Shown here in pieces: positions 1 through 10,202 of a DNA stretch of 64,000 nucleotides. The DNA is taken from assembly GCA_963699755.1 (NCBI GenBank), contig CAVOVB010000007.1, positions 371,814 through 435,813 on the forward strand. Reading direction: 5' to 3'. Below the pieces are notes generated by a model. The model did not search any database. It was not told the DNA's origin and saw only the letters and a program-made list of their open reading frames with translations. The position numbers were made by a program, and so were the translations under genes. The stretch's first letter is position 1, and each line of letters starts with the position of its first letter. This DNA comes from an uncultured delta proteobacterium. Its GTDB lineage: Bacteria; Myxococcota_A; Polyangia; Polyangiales; Houyiibacteriaceae.

Positions 1-329
1 CTCCGCTCTTCGTCGAGTTGCTGGCTGATGCCGATCGCGGCATTGCGACCGCGTGCCGTGTGGGGCTCAGGGTGCTGACCGCGCACGACTTCGGATTTGC
101 GCGCGACCCATGGCTCCGCTGGCTCTCGGAGCGCGGTCACGAAATCCGCACTCAATGGCTGATCGAAGGTCTCGGAGACGGCCGCGCCAATATTCGGCTG
201 CTGGCATCGCGTGAGCTCTGGCATCTGACCCACTACCTGCAGCCATTGTCAGAGACAGCCGATCGTGAGGAATTTCTGTCCGCCCAGGAGCGCTACCAGC
301 GTTGGTCGACAAGAAACCAACCGGTGTGA
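1..329 (+). CDS. C-terminal part of a HEAT-repeat-like helical protein (starts before the window)
   Basis: Frame open from the window edge to TGA at 329; 'LRVLTAHDFG..W..W...WLIEGL...RLLASRELWHLT' resembles the C-terminus of the 3370..5493 protein. Confidence 0.5.
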   Translation, partial: PLFVELLADADRGIATACRVGLRVLTAHDFGFARDPWLRWLSERGHEIRTQWLIEGLGDGRANIRLLASRELWHLTHYLQPLSETADREEFLSAQERYQRWSTRNQPV

Positions 330-914
330 CTAGAGCAGCCCGGCTTCACGCAGGAAAGCGCGCAGGGGCTCGACGCCTTCGAAGACCACGCTCTGGATTC
401 CAAGATCCCGCGCTACTTGGCAGTTGCCGACACGATCATCGACGAACAGGCACTCCTCGGGGGCTGCGCCGAGGGCTGCCAAGGCATGTAGGTACGCCGC
501 CGGGTCGGGCTTTCGCAAACCTGTGAGACAGGAGACGAACGTCCAATCGAGAAAGCGCGACGGCCTTAAACGTTCCTCGATCATTCGATACCAAACGGGA
601 TAGTTGGAGAACGCGTGCATCCTGTGGCCTGCACGGTGAAGCTCGGCCAGAAGCTCTTCGATCCCAGGTAGCCATCGGTATGAAGCGCGAACCCTACCGA
701 GGAAAGCTTGGCGGTCGAAGTCCCGACCGTCGGCAAAGAAGACATCTAGAAAGTCGTCCTCGCTGCGTTCCCCGCGCTCAAACTCGACCCAGGCGCTCGG
801 GTGCTTCACCACAAGCAGCTCGTCGAGGCTCATCGAGAAGAAGTCCGGCATCTCCACGAAAAATGGATCGTGTACCAGTGTTCCCAGGACGTCCCAAAGA
901 AGGATCGGAGGCAT
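330..914 (-). CDS. HAD-superfamily hydrolase (HAD-IA phosphatase)
   Basis: Motif I 'LLWDVLGTLV', motif II 'FSN', 'RKPDP', motif IV 'FVDD'; ATG at 914. Confidence 0.85.
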   Translation of the reverse strand: MPPILLWDVLGTLVHDPFFVEMPDFFSMSLDELLVVKHPSAWVEFERGERSEDDFLDVFFADGRDFDRQAFLGRVRASYRWLPGIEELLAELHRAGHRMHAFSNYPVWYRMIEERLRPSRFLDWTFVSCLTGLRKPDPAAYLHALAALGAAPEECLFVDDRVGNCQVARDLGIQSVVFEGVEPLRAFLREAGLL

Positions 915-918
915 CCGC

Positions 919-3333
919 TCAGCCCAGCATGGAGTCACGGAGCTCTTCCGGCGCGCGCCGCTCCAGCCCGTGACGCCGGAGCTTATCCAAGAAAGTCGTG
1001 CGTTTGAGCCCCAGCATGCGCGCTGCTTCGCTCTTGTTGCCGCCGGATCGAAGTAGTGCGCGCTCGAGAAGACGGCACTCCACCTCGCTATAGGTCCCGG
1101 TCAGCGACTCCTCTTCGTCGGCAACGGGCCAGGCAAGCGGCGGCAGGTCTCGGAGGGCGATCGTCCTGGCAGATGCCTGGCCGACCGCAAGCTCGATGAT
1201 CAGCTCGAGCTCGGCGATGTCACCGGGCCAGTCGTGTTCGACCAAGGCGGCCATCGCTTCCTCTTCGATGCCGACGGGCTCGCGGGCCAGAACCCGGCAT
1301 GCCCGATCGATGGCCAGTAGCGCTAGCGATGGAACGTCCTCGCGCCGGTCGCGCAAAGACGGAATCGTGAGGCCGTGTCGAGAGAACCGTCCTGCGAGGT
1401 CGGGGATGAGCGCACCGCGAATCTCGAGCTCGCCGATCGGAGCGCGTGTGGTCGCGATGAGCCTTGGCTGCAGCGCCTGGGGCTCTTCGCCGCCCTCCGC
1501 TTGCGCGTCCTGCTCGCTCAACGCTGCCGCGAGACGCGCCTGATTCTGCTTGGAGAGCGCGGGGAGATCTCGCAGGAGCAAGGTCCCAGCCGCTGCGGAC
1601 TGAAACCAACCCGCACCGCCCCCGCTCTCGGAGCCGAAGAGCAAGCTCGCGACCTGCTCTGAGGGCACAGCGGAGCAATCCGCCACCACGAAGGGCGCCG
1701 CCCAGCGCGGCCCTCGGTCATGGATGAAGCGGGAGACCGGCAAGACGGGAGACCCCGCCGGGGCGACGATCAAGACCGGATCGGTCACCGGGGCAAGCTC
1801 GATCGCACGCCTCTGCACGCGCCTCATCGATCGGCTGTATGCGACGTACAGAGTCCGATCTTCGGCGAGCCCGCGCCCGAGGACGTCACATTGGCCCCGC
1901 AGCTGTTCGAGCTCCCCTTCGAGCGCGGTGATCCGATCTTCGGCCTCACGGCGCAGTGTGGAAAGCTTCTGAATACGGTTGTCAGCCCGGCGTTGTGCAA
2001 GGGCCGAGGCCAGTGCGCCGCCGAGCGAATCGGCCAATCGACCCAACTCCTCGAGCTCGATGTGCGAAAGCGGCTCCGACCGATCGCCGAGCGGCAGAAG
2101 CAGGACCCCTTCGATCTGGTCGAAATGCACGCAAGGGACCGCGCAACCGATCCCCTGGAGCTCCATCGTATGCACCAGATCCCGAATGGACGGCTCCCGA
2201 ACGACTCGGGCGCGCAAGCTCACGAGGTCGAGGACTTCTTGATGACCGTCGACGAACAGAGCCTGTGTGACGGCCGCAGGAGCGTGGGCCGGCCTGATGT
2301 TCGCCCGTTCACCGGCGTCGAGCCGGATGCGCAGCGGGGGATCTAGGGTGTAGAGCTCCGGACGCTCCTCTTGCTCGCCCCGCGCCCTACTAAAGGGGAC
2401 GAGAATGCCTGCGGCGATCTCGTCGAGCACCGCTCCTCCGATCAAGCCCCTCCTGGCGGCCTCCGCCCCCTCTGCGAGGCGGCCCGAGGTGCTCCAAACC
2501 GCGCGATTGGAAAGCCTTCGCACGAAGGAAAACATCATCCACCAAAGCACTCCGGAGCCGAGCGCAAACAGGCCGAGCTGCCATCGCTCGAGGAGCGCGG
2601 CCGGAGCAAAGCCATAGGTCAGCGCGAAGCACGCCGCAGACGCGAGGACAACGGGCACGCCGACACGGCGTAAGGAACGCCACCCCGAGTCTAACCAGGC
2701 GAGATGTCCAAGCCAGAGCAGCGAGGCGACGGCGAATTCGACCGTGGTCGCCAGCAAGCCCTCGAACGGACCGAACCAGGCATAGGCGAGTCCAACTGCA
2801 AGGCTAGCAAGCGCGATGCCTGACAAGCCGCCCTCGACCACATGCCCTCTGTCGACCAACACGATCTGATGAAGGGCGCCGGTCGCCAGAATCCCCACGA
2901 CGACCACCACCCCAAAAGTCATTTCCGGCAGCAAGCCCTGGCGGGCCAAGCCGGCCCCGGCGAACGCAGCGAACGCGAGGGTCCCGAGAATACCGAAGCG
3001 TACCACCGGCCGGGTCTCGGGCGGCAAGACGAGATCGACGGTCGCAAGGGTTGCGAGCAGCCAGGCGATCTCGTGCGTGCGCTCGAGGAGCGCGGAACTG
3101 GTCCCAGCCGACGCGATCGCCACGGCCAGGCTCACGCCCATGAATCCCAACCTCGACGCGCCGCGCCTGCTCGACCAGGATGACAGGAGGATGAGCGGGG
3201 TCAGGGAAAGCCCGAGTGACAACAAGACGTGCACCCACTCAGGGGACGCCGCGGCATTCGAAGAGGCCCGCGCCGCCAGAACATAAAGAACGGACGCAGG
3301 ACCCAGGATGGTTAGGAGCCTCGGAATTCGCAC
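919..3333 (-). CDS. Membrane-anchored sigma54-activator-like (NtrC/Fis family) regulator with degenerate AAA+ domain
   Basis: Multiple N-terminal hydrophobic helices; 'PFVVADC', 'IPSLRDRREDVP', 'HDWPGD'; C-terminal Fis HTH 'GGNKSEAARMLGLKRTTFLDKLRRHGL'. Confidence 0.8.
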   Translation of the reverse strand: MRIPRLLTILGPASVLYVLAARASSNAAASPEWVHVLLSLGLSLTPLILLSSWSSRRGASRLGFMGVSLAVAIASAGTSSALLERTHEIAWLLATLATVDLVLPPETRPVVRFGILGTLAFAAFAGAGLARQGLLPEMTFGVVVVVGILATGALHQIVLVDRGHVVEGGLSGIALASLAVGLAYAWFGPFEGLLATTVEFAVASLLWLGHLAWLDSGWRSLRRVGVPVVLASAACFALTYGFAPAALLERWQLGLFALGSGVLWWMMFSFVRRLSNRAVWSTSGRLAEGAEAARRGLIGGAVLDEIAAGILVPFSRARGEQEERPELYTLDPPLRIRLDAGERANIRPAHAPAAVTQALFVDGHQEVLDLVSLRARVVREPSIRDLVHTMELQGIGCAVPCVHFDQIEGVLLLPLGDRSEPLSHIELEELGRLADSLGGALASALAQRRADNRIQKLSTLRREAEDRITALEGELEQLRGQCDVLGRGLAEDRTLYVAYSRSMRRVQRRAIELAPVTDPVLIVAPAGSPVLPVSRFIHDRGPRWAAPFVVADCSAVPSEQVASLLFGSESGGGAGWFQSAAAGTLLLRDLPALSKQNQARLAAALSEQDAQAEGGEEPQALQPRLIATTRAPIGELEIRGALIPDLAGRFSRHGLTIPSLRDRREDVPSLALLAIDRACRVLAREPVGIEEEAMAALVEHDWPGDIAELELIIELAVGQASARTIALRDLPPLAWPVADEEESLTGTYSEVECRLLERALLRSGGNKSEAARMLGLKRTTFLDKLRRHGLERRAPEELRDSMLG

Positions 3334-3369
3334 GATTGGAGCTCGTCTACGCGACGCGGCCGAAGTCTA

Positions 3370-5493
3370 TCACTGGCCGTCCACATGACCAGAATCGTGG
3401 GGCCGCGGCTCCACAAACATCCTGAAACCAACGGCCACCCACCAGGTCCGATACTTCTTCTGGGCAGCGATGCGCGCCCTCTTCGGCTGGCCGGGCTCGT
3501 AGCCGAAGTCTTCCTGCGTCAGGTGCCTGAGCTCTTCGGCCGCGCGCCGGCGCAAGCGCTCATCCGAATGCATCAGCGCATTGATGAGCCAAACCACGCG
3601 GTGTTCGTTGCGGTGCTTGTCGTACCAGGCGGTCCACTTCTTCTTTCTCCTATTGAAGTCCTGGCAACTCAGGCGCACCAGGCTTGCATGGGCAGCCGCG
3701 ACCACCCTAGCGTCCGGACTTTCGAGCAAGAAGGTGAAGAATTCGAATGAATCCATGTCGCGCAGTTTTCCGAGCGCCTCGATGGCAGCTACCTGTGGCT
3801 CGAGGTTTCGGCCGTCGCGCGCAGATGCCCGAAGCCGTTCGATGAGCTGCGTGAACTCGACCTCGCAGGCATAGAGGACGCTCAGCGCTCTGTATGCGCT
3901 ACTGCGAACCCCCGGATCGGAGTCGTATAATCGCCGGCCAACCGCTTGGACGAGGTCGGGGTGAACGAATTCGGAAGCGAGAACCGACGCGTAGTAGCGA
4001 ACGTCGGGGTCCTCGTCGTCGAGCAAGGGGAGCAAATAGGGGACCGAACGCTGGCCGAACGCCACGAAAGCTCTCGCGATCGGTGAAACATCTCTGCCTG
4101 CTGGGACGTTCGCGTGGGGCTCATTGCGATCAAACCAGAGCCCACCCGGAAACTCGCGGGCCAGGGCCGGCAGCGCAGCCTCGCCAATCGCCAACAAAGA
4201 AACGATGAGCCTTTCGTCGTCGGGTCCGGCCTCCCGAAGCTCGGCGACGAGCCCTTCGACCTCTTCTCCATAGTCGATGATGATGCTCGGGAGCGAGCCT
4301 AGCTCGGCCGCCGGCGCTGGTGCAGGACCCCACCTTCGGCCCGCGGGCTCCGTCTCGACGTTGGGCGGTGCGGAGCTCGGACCTCCGGGACGAAGGGACA
4401 CGACGTCGTGCGCGATCGCGCTCCCGTCGTTGTCACGACGCGGATCGATGGGCAGATGATGCCCTGCGCGTCCGGAAGGCGGCGAAGGCGAAGGTTGCCA
4501 ATCGGCGCCTGGCACGGGGGGCCAGGGGGCGGGCTGCCAGCCAGAGGCCGCTCTGGAAGACTTCTTGGGCGCTGGCGCGGGCTGCCAGGCCTGGGCGTCG
4601 GGCCGCACGGCCCCAGCCGGCGCAGGTGCCGGTTGCCAACCGCGCGTCGGCCCGCCGGGGAACGAGGCGCCATCCCCTGAAGGGCGCTGGGAGCTCCTTT
4701 GCCTCATCAACGGTCGGCCGAGGATTTCAGGAGGACGTGGTGGAAGGCTATAGCGGGTGGCGTCGACGAAGCCGGTCGTCGGATCGGAGCGCTTGCGATG
4801 TGGACCCGGGTCGGAATCGCGAAACGTGCCCGCGGGAACCGAGGAGCCGACCTTCGACGCCGCTACCAGAGGGGGTTCGGTATCGGCAATGCCGGTGGGC
4901 GGCGGGCTTGAGGACTCGAGGCGCGGGAAGGAGCCTGAGACCTGCTTCACGGGCGGGAGCGAGCTCCTGCTCCCGACGCCTTCGAACGGCGCAACATAAG
5001 GAACTGGGCCGGCATCAGCAGCCTCGAGCTGGTGGTTGAGCTGCCTCATCCGGGTCGTCATCTCGATGTCGTAGTGACGAGCCAAGCCCGCCTCGACGCG
5101 CACCGAACAAACGATCCGCTGGACAGGGTCGATACCGAGCTCGAAGGAGATTTCGCGGAGCGTGGCATGTGGGAGTGGACGATCGACCACCAAGACGACC
5201 GCATCTTCGGTCCTTGCGACGGGAATCAAGCGATGCCGGACGGCGAACTCGCGGGGCAAGACACGGATGGTGGTGATCGCCGTCTGCATCACCTCGTCAC
5301 GCGTGGCCGGCAAGAGCCCGTAGACGGCCGCGCAGTAGGCGTTCATCTCGTTCTCGCGAAGCAAGCCGAGCTCGAGGAGAACGGTGTCGAGATTGCCCCC
5401 GCGCATGACCTGATCCTGAATGGCCCCTTGCATTCTATCGATGGAGATCACCTGGTCGCGGACCAGGAGCGAGGCAAGAGCGGACATATCCAT
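3370..5493 (-). CDS. GspE/PilB N-terminal (MshEN-like) domain + Pro-rich linker + HEAT repeats
   Basis: 'LDTVLLELGLL', 'LPREFAVRHRLIPV' as in the T2SSE N-terminal domain; HEAT-like 'LLPLLDDEDPDVRYYA', 'AAIEALGKL'. Confidence 0.7.
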   Translation of the reverse strand: MDMSALASLLVRDQVISIDRMQGAIQDQVMRGGNLDTVLLELGLLRENEMNAYCAAVYGLLPATRDEVMQTAITTIRVLPREFAVRHRLIPVARTEDAVVLVVDRPLPHATLREISFELGIDPVQRIVCSVRVEAGLARHYDIEMTTRMRQLNHQLEAADAGPVPYVAPFEGVGSRSSLPPVKQVSGSFPRLESSSPPPTGIADTEPPLVAASKVGSSVPAGTFRDSDPGPHRKRSDPTTGFVDATRYSLPPRPPEILGRPLMRQRSSQRPSGDGASFPGGPTRGWQPAPAPAGAVRPDAQAWQPAPAPKKSSRAASGWQPAPWPPVPGADWQPSPSPPSGRAGHHLPIDPRRDNDGSAIAHDVVSLRPGGPSSAPPNVETEPAGRRWGPAPAPAAELGSLPSIIIDYGEEVEGLVAELREAGPDDERLIVSLLAIGEAALPALAREFPGGLWFDRNEPHANVPAGRDVSPIARAFVAFGQRSVPYLLPLLDDEDPDVRYYASVLASEFVHPDLVQAVGRRLYDSDPGVRSSAYRALSVLYACEVEFTQLIERLRASARDGRNLEPQVAAIEALGKLRDMDSFEFFTFLLESPDARVVAAAHASLVRLSCQDFNRRKKKWTAWYDKHRNEHRVVWLINALMHSDERLRRRAAEELRHLTQEDFGYEPGQPKRARIAAQKKYRTWWVAVGFRMFVEPRPHDSGHVDGQ

Positions 5494-5523
5494 CGCAATG
5501 TTGGCTTTGGACCCGATGACCTG

Positions 5524-6255
5524 TCAACGAGCTTGTCGGAAATCACCGAGGCGGTCTGCAATGAGCGCCAGGGCAGCGGGCACGGCGGTTTCGACCCGCA
5601 GGACCCTGGTTCCCAAGCTGGCGACCGAAAACCCCGACCCTTCGAAGATCGCGATCTCCTCGTCGGTGAATCCTCCTTCTGGTCCCAGTGCGCACCATAT
5701 CTGCTCGAGGGTCGGTTCGAGCGCGAGCGCTCCCTGAGCTCTGGCTCCGAACAAGACGCCTCGAGCGTCTGTTGGCACCGCCTCGAGCCATGCGCTCACG
5801 GGGCGAGGGGGGTGCACGATCGGGATGTCGTCGCGCTCACATTGAGCGGCCGCCTCGTTGGCGATTCGCGTCAGTCGTTCGACGCGTGAGCGCGCGCGCG
5901 CGCAATCCCAGCGGGGAACCGTTCGTTCGGTCTGCATCAGCGCGACCTCGTCGACGCCAAGCTCAGTTGCCATGCGCACGCAGTCGTCGAGCTTCGAGCC
6001 TTTTGGGATCGCAAGCATGAGGACGACGCGGGCGCGTTTCGTTTCGGCGGTTCGCGCAGGCTCTGCACGACAGAGCACCTCGCCAACGACCGACTCGAGC
6101 CGCGCCGCCGCGGCGCGTCCCTTGCCATCGAATAGGACGACTGCGTCGCCGGTGCGAAGACGGAGCACGTGAACGTGAGAGCTCGCCGCGTCTCCGAGCA
6201 GCACCGCTCCGCCCTCCTCCGGTAGCTCCGGCACGTAGAGTCTACGAACGGTCAT
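5524..6255 (-). CDS. rsmE: 16S rRNA m3U1498 methyltransferase
   Basis: 'HVLRL', 'ATELGV', 'EAAAQCER', 'LGPEGGFT', 'LGTRVLRVETA'; ATG at 6255 overlaps the prmA stop. Confidence 0.93.
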   Translation of the reverse strand: MTVRRLYVPELPEEGGAVLLGDAASSHVHVLRLRTGDAVVLFDGKGRAAAARLESVVGEVLCRAEPARTAETKRARVVLMLAIPKGSKLDDCVRMATELGVDEVALMQTERTVPRWDCARARSRVERLTRIANEAAAQCERDDIPIVHPPRPVSAWLEAVPTDARGVLFGARAQGALALEPTLEQIWCALGPEGGFTDEEIAIFEGSGFSVASLGTRVLRVETAVPAALALIADRLGDFRQAR

Positions 6256-7109
6256 GGCTCGTCGGGCCTCAGGACGCAGGCGCACCACTCTCCCTCTTCG
6301 AGGCAGGCCTCGAGCTCCATCGGGGCGTAGGCAGCGAGCAGAGCGTCCCGTTCGCCGCGCAGGATCCCACTCAAAACGAGAACCCCAGCGGGCGCCAGGC
6401 GCGCTTGGAGGTCCTCGGGCATCTGAACGAGAACCCTGGTTTCGATGTTGGCGAGGACGATGTCGTAGTCGCCGTCGATTTCGGTCAGTGGCCGCGTCGA
6501 GACCTGAATTCCCTGCGCGACGCCGTTGAGAGCTGCATTTCGTCGTGCGACGACCACGGCATCCTCGTCGATGTCGATTGCGACAGCAGACTCGGCGCCG
6601 AGACGGAGCGCGGCGATCGACAAGACCCCGCTTCCGCATCCGACGTCCAAGACCCGCTCCCCGCCAGACACTCTCTGATCGAGGACCCGTAGGACGAGCC
6701 TGGTCGTTTCGTGGTCGCCGCTTCCGAATGCATTCTCTGGATCGATCGTGAGGACCACGTCGCCGTGCTTGCCGTCCGCCTGCTCCCAGGAAGGGTGGAG
6801 CAGAAGGCGCTGGCCAATACGCTGAGCACCAAAGCCGCGTCGCCACTCCGTCGCCCAGTCCTCTTGGGCCACGTAGATGAGATCGGCTTCGTACTCGCTA
6901 CCGATCTCGCGCAAGGCGTACCGCGCGGAGGCCTCGTCCGGAAATGCTGCGATGACGACGGCCTCGCCCAGGGCCGGCTCCCGCACCAGCGTGGTTTGGT
7001 CGCGCTCTTCGAGGCCTGTTGCGCCAAGCTCCCAGAGTCGGAGCTCCGCCAGCTCGAGCTGCTCGGCTCGAACCCGAATGGTCACGAACGGATGGCGGGC
7101 CTCGGTCAT
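6252..7109 (-). CDS. prmA: Ribosomal protein L11 methyltransferase
   Basis: 'AFGSGDHETT', 'VLDVGCGSGVLSIAA', 'IVLANI', 'LSGIL'; adjacent to rsmE. Confidence 0.93.
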   Translation of the reverse strand: MTEARHPFVTIRVRAEQLELAELRLWELGATGLEERDQTTLVREPALGEAVVIAAFPDEASARYALREIGSEYEADLIYVAQEDWATEWRRGFGAQRIGQRLLLHPSWEQADGKHGDVVLTIDPENAFGSGDHETTRLVLRVLDQRVSGGERVLDVGCGSGVLSIAALRLGAESAVAIDIDEDAVVVARRNAALNGVAQGIQVSTRPLTEIDGDYDIVLANIETRVLVQMPEDLQARLAPAGVLVLSGILRGERDALLAAYAPMELEACLEEGEWCACVLRPDEP

Positions 7110-7345
7110 CGCAGTTCGACCATGCGGGCGGAGAGGTAGATCACCAGGAACAAAACCCAAGTGATTGGGCCGAGGCGGTTGCCGCCACGCCAGGCGACGA
7201 TGGGCGTGAAGAACGGCACGATGAATCCCAGGTAGCGCCATTGCGCAGCCAAGGGGCCGGAAAGCACGCGCCAGGCCATCACGAGGTGCGTGAACAGAAG
7301 CGCGGCGCCAGAAAGAGCCCAAAGCGCAAGCAACCAGAGTTCCAC
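7106..7345 (-). CDS. Small hypothetical membrane protein
   Basis: Three hydrophobic segments; stop overlaps the prmA start; GTG start estimated. Confidence 0.6.
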   Translation of the reverse strand: MELWLLALWALSGAALLFTHLVMAWRVLSGPLAAQWRYLGFIVPFFTPIVAWRGGNRLGPITWVLFLVIYLSARMVELR

Positions 7346-7380
7346 AAGTCGCGTTCTAGCCCATTGTGGGAAATTGCGCC

Positions 7381-8238
7381 TTACAACTCCACGAACTCGG
7401 TCACCGCCTCCGGTTCCCCGCCGCAGCTCTCTGGGCGCGCGACACCCCGGTCCTCGAGCCGCAGCCGAACCATCTCCTCGCCGGATGCCGTCCGAAAGCG
7501 CGCCTCCCAAGTCGACGCGGGTTGCTCAGCGGTCCCGAGCCAATCGAGCCCATTGGCAGCTTTCAGCCCCAAGCGCTCTCGCAGGAAGATCTCCGCCGCC
7601 TGCGTGGATCGATCATAGGCGCAGCGCCCGCGAAAAAGATCCAGCTCACCGACCTCACCGGCTCGCCGTGCCGTGACCCACGCGTCTACATGCTCCGGGC
7701 GCAGCCGGCCGTACATGAGCCCATCGGGCAGCCACAGGACACAAGGCGCAAAACGATGCCCGCCGAGGTGACTCGTCTGCCAGACGTCGACGCCTTGTGA
7801 TTGAATAGCGCGGAACGCCGCGCTGCCTAAGACCCCACAGCAACGGTCGCGTCGGCCGTGAACGCACACCAGGCAGACCGGTCCGCTCTGCTCAGCGCGC
7901 ATCGCGTCGAGGTCGAGGTCGAGAAGGTCTTCGTATCGGTCGAGCTCGGCCTTCGAGATCTGCTGCCGACCTCTGGCCGAAGAAACGGTCATGAAGAGCG
8001 GGTGTTTACCGGAACGCCCAGGTCGACGGATGAGCTGTAGGCGTGAGCGCGGAGTTGCGAGCCAATCACCGAGCCGGGCTCGCACCGCCTCTGTCAAGGC
8101 CTCCGTCTGAAGCGCCTTGGGTGCCCAGCTCTGCACCACTTCGAGTAGGAACCAGCGATCGACCGACTCGATTGCAGTCCCAGCGAGGGACTCTCCCAGT
8201 TCGAGCGACGCCGCCGAGCATGCGGGAACGGTCACCAC
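7381..8238 (-). CDS. Sucrase/ferredoxin-like (thioredoxin-like [2Fe-2S]) family protein
   Basis: 'LVCVHGRRDRCC', 'WQTSHLGGHRFAP', 'YGRL'. Confidence 0.85.
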   Translation of the reverse strand: MVTVPACSAASLELGESLAGTAIESVDRWFLLEVVQSWAPKALQTEALTEAVRARLGDWLATPRSRLQLIRRPGRSGKHPLFMTVSSARGRQQISKAELDRYEDLLDLDLDAMRAEQSGPVCLVCVHGRRDRCCGVLGSAAFRAIQSQGVDVWQTSHLGGHRFAPCVLWLPDGLMYGRLRPEHVDAWVTARRAGEVGELDLFRGRCAYDRSTQAAEIFLRERLGLKAANGLDWLGTAEQPASTWEARFRTASGEEMVRLRLEDRGVARPESCGGEPEAVTEFVEL

Positions 8239-8555
8239 TAGTCCGCTGGTACCGGAAGGGGACGCGCCATCTCTTCGGCGGCTTGGTCGATCGTGTGTTG
8301 CCGACGCACCGCGATCTCGGACCGCCAGGCCTCGTACTTCGATTGCATGCTGGCGAGCTGCTCGCTGGCTCGCGCTAGATGGCGCTGCAGACGCTCCCGC
8401 TGTTTTGGATCGCGCGCCTCGGCGAGCGCCTCACGGACCGCTTGCTGAATGAGCTTCATCCGCGCCACCGCATCGGCGAAGTTCTCTCGCTTGGCAAAGC
8501 GACGCGCCTGCACCATCCAGATAGCCCAACGCTCTTCTTCCGTCCTGAGGTCCAT
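8238..8555 (-). CDS. Hypothetical coiled-coil protein
   Basis: Natural-looking helical ORF, tightly packed between neighbours. Confidence 0.65.
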   Translation of the reverse strand: MDLRTEEERWAIWMVQARRFAKRENFADAVARMKLIQQAVREALAEARDPKQRERLQRHLARASEQLASMQSKYEAWRSEIAVRRQHTIDQAAEEMARPLPVPAD

Positions 8556-8567
8556 CGCTCTGCCAAT

Positions 8568-10184
8568 TTAGGGCGTTTCGCGGGGCGGTCCAGCCGAGCC
8601 GCGAGGGCGGTGGTAGAGCCACCAATTCTCGAAGTGCGCAACGCGCTGAATCGACGGATCCGTGGCGAAGAGGCTGTCGGGCGAATTCACCCGGCGAACC
8701 AGAAACCAGTCGAAGAAGTCGCCGTGCTGGTCGAGCTGGAAAAGCTGTGGGCTCCATTCCCAGCGCAGTGGTGTTTCGGGCGGGATCACGGCGTTCGGAT
8801 CCGAGCTGTCGCGATATCGAAACGGGTCGGTCCCGAACTGCGCAAAGTGGAAGCTCAGCCAGCCGCCGCGCTCGGCCTGCACATACGCGGGCAAATGGAT
8901 GTAGGGGCTGTTTCGAGCCCGCGAGCCCTGGTGGTCGTACACCAGAAACAGCAGCTTGGGAGCCTTGGGAAGCTCGCGAACGATCTCTCGAAAGTGCACG
9001 GTGGTCGTCGAGAAGTCTTTGTGCGCGTCTGCGACGAATTCGCCGAGCGGCGCAACCGCGACCGCCGTCCAGATCACGAATCCGAGATGCGCCCAAGTCT
9101 TGCGCGGCAGATTCGGAAGCAGTGCGGGCAGGAGAAACGCTGCGGCGGTGATTTCGCGCGGAAAGACGAACCACCAGGGCCCGAGCTCCATCGGAAGCGT
9201 CAGGTAGAGGCCGAGGGACAGCAGCATCGCGATCGCAACCAGGGCGTGGGCGGGCACCACCCAGCTACCCTTGGGCCAAGAGCGCAGACGAGCGACCGCA
9301 ACTGCGAACAGCGCCACCGCGGTCACCACGAAAAGAAGCCCAGCACGGCGAAACACGAAACTGTCTTCATCGCCCATGAAGATGTCGACTGCATAGGCGC
9401 GCGCCTCGGACATGCGACCCCAGGCCGGAGGCCAAGCCCAGTCGATTCGTGGAATCGTGAGATCCGCGCCGGCGGTCACCCAGACACCGAAGAGCGCGGT
9501 CGAAATGCCAATCGGAATCAGGAGGCCCCTGATGCTGTCGGCTCTCTGGTACATCAACAAAGCAGTGAGCACGAGCATCAGGATCGCCAAAGGTAGGCGA
9601 TACGGGTAGGTGAAGAAGAGCAGAACCAGTACCGCGGTCAGGAGGCCTTGAAGCCTCAGGCTCGGCTGATCCACCACACGCAGGCCGAGACCGAGGACGA
9701 TCGCAAAGAGGCCGAGCGAAGCCAAAAAGGCGATGAACCCCCAGTGCGCGGGGACGCCCCATACGGCCAGCAGCCCCCAAAGGCCGAGAAATGGGGACTT
9801 CCCCAAGCCCCAACAGAGCACCATCAGGCCGATGGGCAAGAGCGCCAGCAACAGCGCGGCCGCAACCTTGGTAGCCACCACGGGCGGGAGCGCCAACATG
9901 AAGATCGCCGCGAGAGCGTAGAAGGTCACCGAAGGCATGGCGAACAGTTGAAACTGGAACTGCTCGTGGAAATGCCAGCCTGGATCCGGGTAGTGACGAA
10001 ATACCGAAGATGACGCCGTATGAAACGGGAAGCTCGTGATCATCGGATAGTCGGCAGCCCACAACGGCGCACCGACTACGTAGGCGATTGTCGCTGCAGC
10101 GCAGATCCAGGCGAGCCACTCAAGTGGTGCCGGACCCGTCGAGCGTGCAGCCGGTCCTCTGTGCCCCCCCGGCATTGCTGTCAC
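8568..10184 (-). CDS. Polytopic membrane protein (possibly GT-C-fold glycosyltransferase-like)
   Basis: About 11-12 hydrophobic segments plus a soluble C-terminal domain; function is a guess. Confidence 0.55.
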   Translation of the reverse strand: MTAMPGGHRGPAARSTGPAPLEWLAWICAAATIAYVVGAPLWAADYPMITSFPFHTASSSVFRHYPDPGWHFHEQFQFQLFAMPSVTFYALAAIFMLALPPVVATKVAAALLLALLPIGLMVLCWGLGKSPFLGLWGLLAVWGVPAHWGFIAFLASLGLFAIVLGLGLRVVDQPSLRLQGLLTAVLVLLFFTYPYRLPLAILMLVLTALLMYQRADSIRGLLIPIGISTALFGVWVTAGADLTIPRIDWAWPPAWGRMSEARAYAVDIFMGDEDSFVFRRAGLLFVVTAVALFAVAVARLRSWPKGSWVVPAHALVAIAMLLSLGLYLTLPMELGPWWFVFPREITAAAFLLPALLPNLPRKTWAHLGFVIWTAVAVAPLGEFVADAHKDFSTTTVHFREIVRELPKAPKLLFLVYDHQGSRARNSPYIHLPAYVQAERGGWLSFHFAQFGTDPFRYRDSSDPNAVIPPETPLRWEWSPQLFQLDQHGDFFDWFLVRRVNSPDSLFATDPSIQRVAHFENWWLYHRPRGSAGPPRETP

Positions 10185-10202
10185 GGTACCACAGACTCGC
10201 GC

